In this document: piece after piece, positions 59,324 through 64,000 of the stretch
Layout of the letters: every line of letters starts with the position of its first letter
Position numbering within the stretch: the first letter of the stretch is position 1
Origin: Bdellovibrionales bacterium
GTDB lineage: Bacteria; Bdellovibrionota; Bdellovibrionia; Bdellovibrionales; UBA1609
Assembly (NCBI GenBank): GCA_965261545.1
Contig: CBDHDF010000002.1
Coordinates: forward strand, 1-64,000
Direction: 5' to 3'
Length of the DNA stretch: 64,000 bases
Made by a program: the position numbers and the translations under genes
Notes under the pieces: generated by a model
What the model was told of the DNA's origin: nothing
The model's input: only the letters and a program-made list of their open reading frames with translations
Databases searched by the model: none

Positions 59324-61546
59324 ATGATTGAAGGTATTAAAATAAAATCTATTGCCAGCTATGGAGACGATGAGCAAATTTTGGAAGGCTTGTCTCAAAT
59401 GAATTTCTTTTACGGTTCAAATGGTTCTGGAAAAACGACGATTTCAAGAGTGATAGCTGATGAAGATAAATACCCAGAATGCACGATTGCCTGGCGCAAC
59501 AGCAACAAACTGCAAACTTTGGTTTATAACCACGATTTTGTAGACAAGAACTTTAACTCGAATGCTGAGCTAAAAGGAATATTTACCCTTGGTGAGAAAA
59601 ATCAAGCTCACCAACAAGCGATAAGAGATGCCAAAGATGAATCCGAGAAGTTGGTAGTTGATATTCATGATAAAAAGAAGACCTTAGAAGGTGCTGATGA
59701 AGGCGGAGGAAAGAAGGAAGAACTGTCAACTTTGGAAAACGAATTCGGAGATTATTGCTGGACGCAGAAAGAAAAATATGACCAATCTTTTAAAGAAGCT
59801 TTTAAAAGATGCAGAAGTCAAAAAGTCAAGTTTAAATCCAAGCTTCTAGAGGAGGCAAATAATAATAAAGCAGTTTTGCACACACTGGAAAAGTTGAAGA
59901 CCAAATGTGAAACCATCTTCGTAGATAACCATGAAAAAATAGAACTCATTCCTCCGCTACAGTACTCTGATCTGATTACTCTTGAAACATCAGATATTCT
60001 GTCCAAGAAAGTTATCGGTAAGGAAGACGTTGATATTGCGGCAATGATTAAAAAGCTGAATAATAGTGATTGGGTAAATCAGGGGCAAACATACTATAAC
60101 AACAATGATAGTATCTGCCCATTTTGTCAACAGGAAACCGATAAATCCTTTACTGAGAGCTTGAATAAATATTTTGATGAAACCTATTTAGGGGACATTA
60201 CTGCAATTAATCAATTAGAAAAAAAATATGATCTCCATAGTGAAGATATTATTCAGCACCTACAAAAAATAATTAATGCTACTCCAAAATATATGGATTG
60301 TGAAAACATGAAATCACAGAAGAATCTGTTTGAAACAAAGATTGATGTAAATAAGAAGTATATAGAGCATAAGAAAAAAGAAGCCAGTTCTGTTATCAGA
60401 CTAGATCCTCTGAGTGAAATATTGGAAGAAATCGATCAAGCTATTGATCAAGCGAATATAAAAATAGAAACCCATAATCAAACTGTAGAAAACATAGATC
60501 AAGAAAAATGTACACTCATCTCGGAGATATGGAGATTTGTTATCGAAGAAACAAAACATCATTGTTCTGATTATAACCTCAAGAAAAAAAATCTTGAAAT
60601 AGCAATTACTGAGCTTGAGAAAGGGATTAAGAGAAAAGAGGATGAAAAGAGAATAAAGAACAATGAGATCAAGAAGATGGAAAAAAATATAACAAGTATT
60701 CAGCCTACAGTTGATGAAATAAATATGTTGTTGTCATCGTTTGGTTTTACGGGCTTCAAAATATCTAAGTCAAAGAAAGATGGCTATTACAGCATTGTCC
60801 GCCCAGATGGTTCTGAGGCGAAAGAGACACTTAGTGAAGGCGAGCGATCTTTTGTTACTTTCCTATATTTCTACCATTTGTTAAAAGGGAATATCTCTGA
60901 AAGTGGTATGACAGAAAATCGTATCGTTGTCATTGATGATCCAGTTTCAAGTTTGGATAGTGACATTTTATTTATTGTGAGCAATTTGATAAAGAGATTA
61001 TTCAATGAAATTCGCTCTAAAACCGGTCATATAAAACAAATTTTTGTCTTAACCCATAACGTCTATTTCCACAAAGAGATCACATTTAATCAGAAACGCA
61101 CTAGAGGTGCGATGAAGGAAGAGACATTCTGGATTGTAAAAAAGATTGATCAGATTTCGTCAATAGAAAAGCATAGCGATAATCCAGTAAAGACCTCTTA
61201 TCATTTATTATGGAACGAGGTGAAAAATAAAAACCGCTCAATTCAAACTATACAAAATACATTAAGGCGCATCTTAGAAAATTACTTTAAAATACTCGGT
61301 AACATCAATAATGACGACATTATTAATAAATTTGAAGGCAAGGAAAAGCAAGTATGTGGATCACTTCTTTCCTGGTTGAATGACGGATCACACTTTATCC
61401 TTGACGATCTTTATGTAAGTTGTGGTGCTGAAATGGTAGACACATATCTTGATATCTTCAGAAAAATATTTGAAAAATCGAATCATATCGCTCATTACAA
61501 TATGATGATGGGAAAACCGGAAGAGCAGAAAGTCCAAGAAAGGTAA
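59324..61546 (+). CDS. RloC-like AAA_13 ATPase with zinc hook and HEPN-type C-terminus
   Basis: GSNGSGKTT, CPFC, LSEGE, VIDDPVSSLD, THN, RRILENYF, NDGSH. Confidence 0.85.
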   Translation: MIEGIKIKSIASYGDDEQILEGLSQMNFFYGSNGSGKTTISRVIADEDKYPECTIAWRNSNKLQTLVYNHDFVDKNFNSNAELKGIFTLGEKNQAHQQAIRDAKDESEKLVVDIHDKKKTLEGADEGGGKKEELSTLENEFGDYCWTQKEKYDQSFKEAFKRCRSQKVKFKSKLLEEANNNKAVLHTLEKLKTKCETIFVDNHEKIELIPPLQYSDLITLETSDILSKKVIGKEDVDIAAMIKKLNNSDWVNQGQTYYNNNDSICPFCQQETDKSFTESLNKYFDETYLGDITAINQLEKKYDLHSEDIIQHLQKIINATPKYMDCENMKSQKNLFETKIDVNKKYIEHKKKEASSVIRLDPLSEILEEIDQAIDQANIKIETHNQTVENIDQEKCTLISEIWRFVIEETKHHCSDYNLKKKNLEIAITELEKGIKRKEDEKRIKNNEIKKMEKNITSIQPTVDEINMLLSSFGFTGFKISKSKKDGYYSIVRPDGSEAKETLSEGERSFVTFLYFYHLLKGNISESGMTENRIVVIDDPVSSLDSDILFIVSNLIKRLFNEIRSKTGHIKQIFVLTHNVYFHKEITFNQKRTRGAMKEETFWIVKKIDQISSIEKHSDNPVKTSYHLLWNEVKNKNRSIQTIQNTLRRILENYFKILGNINNDDIINKFEGKEKQVCGSLLSWLNDGSHFILDDLYVSCGAEMVDTYLDIFRKIFEKSNHIAHYNMMMGKPEEQKVQER

Positions 61547-61550
61547 TGCA

Positions 61551-62843
61551 ATGATTGAACCAATTATTATTTGTCCAAACTGTTCGATAGAAATCAAAGT
61601 TACAGAGTCATTGGCTGCACCGCTTATACAGGCAACACGAAAGAAATATGAGACAAAGATAGCTGAAAAAGAAGCTGATGTTTCAAAACGGGAAGCAGCA
61701 CTACGTGGTCAACAAAAAGCAGTTGCGGATGCCAAAAAAGCTATTGATGAGCAAGTTGCAGAAAGGCTAGATATTGAGCGCAAATCAATTGCAGAGGAAG
61801 CAGGAAAGAAAGCAAAATCGTTTTTTGCATCGGATTTGGAATTAAAGGCGAGAGAACTAACCGAAATTCAAGAGATTCTTGAAACAAAAAATGAAAAACT
61901 TGAGGAGGCACAAAAAAACCAAGCTGATTTAATGCGAAAACAACGTGAACTGGACGATTCAAAGCGTGAATTAGAATTGACTGTAGAGAAGCGTGTTCAG
62001 GAATCAATTACAGAAGTTCGAGAAAAAGTAAAAAAGGAAGTCGAAGGTGATTTGAAACTTAAAGTTCTGGAAAAAGAAGAACAAATTTCTTCAATGCAGA
62101 ACAAAATTGAAGAGTTAAAGCGCAAGGCAGAGCAAGGATCACAACAGCTTCAAGGCGAAGTAATGGAATTAGAATTGGAAGATACACTGCGCTACAAGTT
62201 TCCCTTCGATACCATTGAACCAATTGCCAAGGGAGAGTTTGGTGGGGATGTTATCCAGCGCGTTGTTTCGCCGATGGGACTTTCATGTGGTGCTATTTTA
62301 TGGGAATCAAAACGCACCAAGAATTGGAGTGATTCCTGGCTTGCCAAGCTGCGCAAAGACCAACGATCAGCAAAGGCAGAAATTTCTGTTCTTGTATCTC
62401 AGACGTTACCGAAGAATGTAGAAAGCTTTAGTTATGTGGATGGTATTTGGGTTACTGCCCTGCAATACGCTTTTCCACTTGTGATTTCTCTTCGACAAAC
62501 CTTAATCGAAGTTGCCAACTCGAAGCAGGCTCAAGAAGGTCAGCAGACTAAAATGGAATTGGTATACGACTATCTTACTAGCCCGCGTTTCCGACACCGT
62601 ATTGAAGCTATTGTGGAAAAATTCTCCGATATGCAAGCAGATTTGGAGCGAGAGAAAAAGGCCATGACTCGGCTTTGGGCAAAACGTGATATGCAAATAC
62701 AGAAGGTTATCGAATCAACTGTCGGAATGTATGGCGACTTGCAAGGAATTGCTGGTCGTGCATTTCAGGAAATAGAAGGTCTGGAAGTGCAGTTGATTGG
62801 AAGTGATATTAGTGAGGATCAAGAAAAAAAAATTGATGATTGA
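61551..62843 (+). CDS. DUF2130-family coiled-coil protein with C-terminal nuclease-like domain
   Basis: ICPNC, GSQQLQGE..ELELE, GGD, ILWESKRTKNWS..WL.KL..DQR. Confidence 0.87.
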   Translation: MIEPIIICPNCSIEIKVTESLAAPLIQATRKKYETKIAEKEADVSKREAALRGQQKAVADAKKAIDEQVAERLDIERKSIAEEAGKKAKSFFASDLELKARELTEIQEILETKNEKLEEAQKNQADLMRKQRELDDSKRELELTVEKRVQESITEVREKVKKEVEGDLKLKVLEKEEQISSMQNKIEELKRKAEQGSQQLQGEVMELELEDTLRYKFPFDTIEPIAKGEFGGDVIQRVVSPMGLSCGAILWESKRTKNWSDSWLAKLRKDQRSAKAEISVLVSQTLPKNVESFSYVDGIWVTALQYAFPLVISLRQTLIEVANSKQAQEGQQTKMELVYDYLTSPRFRHRIEAIVEKFSDMQADLEREKKAMTRLWAKRDMQIQKVIESTVGMYGDLQGIAGRAFQEIEGLEVQLIGSDISEDQEKKIDD

Positions 62844-63343
62844 TAAAATACTTAAGCAAGGATTCTACGCAGTAGACCATAATTTGCATAGTGGTCCCTT
62901 TAATTGGGGCTGAAAAACATTAGCTATTTAAAATCATTAGGTAAAATATTATTTTCTCTTGAATCCTATGATTAAGTGCTTTTGTTGAAAAGATAGGCAT
63001 CATAAACCTCTATAAACAAGGGATATTTCACAAATAAATAGATCTTAGGAGGTGTTCATAGGTGTTCGTGGTTTTTTTCTAATTTTAATTCCGAATTAAT
63101 GGAAATACTTTTCAAGCCTCCTTTTTTACATAGAGGGAAGTGGGCGATTTATAAATATTTGTAACTGTTCAGGGGGTAGCAGAGTTCAAGAGGTAAATTG
63201 CTCCTTCTTACCAGAGAAAATATAAATCTCTCTCTGTAAACTCATGCCCCCCTGAATAGATACAAATATTTATAGATGGTATTTTGAGAAATGGACGCAG
63301 ATTGACATTTGATATCCACGACAAGCCATGTGTTTTAAGAGAC

Positions 63344-63808
63344 TTAATTGTGTAACGAAATAACTGTGGACTTTTGGGAACAACAGAATTTAAATTTCTT
63401 TCCACTTCCGCATGGACAGGATTGATTTCTTCCAATTTTTTCGCTTTGGTCATTTTTCTGCTGTGATGCAGACATATCTTCAGTTACAATTTTTTTTTGC
63501 TTTTCATCTTCCAAATCCTCATCCAAATTATCAAAAAGAATATCTCCTAGATTCTGGTGAAAGTAACGATTTTTAAATTGAGATATGAGCATCATAAAAA
63601 TACATGTAAGAACCAAAAGTGTGAGTGAAGCAAAAAACAAAGAAGATGCTTGCATCTGAGTTAATGGGAGGATGAGTGTCAGTAAATAACCAAATCCAAA
63701 TACCAATAAGGAAATAAGAAGAGATATAAAGGATCCCAAAGAAAGTAATATTAAAAGTCCAAAAATCATTGCTATTTTTTGCTCCTGTCGAATACAATGA
63801 ATCCGCAT
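63344..63808 (-). CDS. Membrane protein with SEC-C motif
   Basis: TM helices then KIGRNQSCPCGSGKKFKFCC. Confidence 0.85.
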   Translation of the reverse strand: MRIHCIRQEQKIAMIFGLLILLSLGSFISLLISLLVFGFGYLLTLILPLTQMQASSLFFASLTLLVLTCIFMMLISQFKNRYFHQNLGDILFDNLDEDLEDEKQKKIVTEDMSASQQKNDQSEKIGRNQSCPCGSGKKFKFCCSQKSTVISLHN

Positions 63809-64000
63809 AGATACAAGTGAGTTATCTACAGACTTAATGATTCTCGCGTTAGTATCTTAATAGGTCAAGATTAATTGGAGGAAATTTTTATTTTTTAAAC
63901 GCAGGGGGCAAATATGAGCACGGAAGCTCAAACACTTAAAACGATCAAAAAATGTTTCAAGAAAGTTATTCCTGAAAAGGACTCTCGGGCAACCATTCCA

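Overview
The window is almost entirely mobile or accessory DNA. The gene repertoire resembles Bdellovibrionota-type islands, but that is an impression and not a database result. Left to right: (1) the end of an IS4-family element, a small membrane-peptide gene with an att-like module, and an IS630 remnant. (2) An ISCR/IS91-type rolling-circle element interrupted by IS256 and IS4 copies, both with target duplications visible. (3) A RelE/HigB-type toxin-antitoxin pair. (4) A tRNA-Leu 3' fragment followed by an integrative conjugative element: tyrosine integrase, excisionase, Mom-like DNA modifier, Replic_Relax relaxase, FtsK-type coupling protein and a VirB2/3/4/5/6/8/9/10-like T4SS. (5) A divergent regulatory operon: sigma54 enhancer-binding protein, stand-alone HisKA-like protein, secreted Ser/Thr/Cys-tailed peptide, OppA-like binding protein, YcaO-like enzyme and hybrid histidine kinase. 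(6) An AT-rich ankyrin protein and a type II Zorya-like operon. (7) A large serine recombinase broken by an IS21 that itself carries an ORF-less group II intron, reading into the 3' end of a complete tmRNA gene. (8) SAM decarboxylase plus DUF3326, a DUF6765-like cassette bounded by duplicated integrase C-termini, an intact ISCR, an RloC-like ATPase/nuclease and DUF2130. The most interesting candidate system is a YcaO-modified peptide signalling circuit that appears wired, through a sigma54 promoter, to the conjugation operon. All protein calls come from reading motifs by eye; no searches were run.
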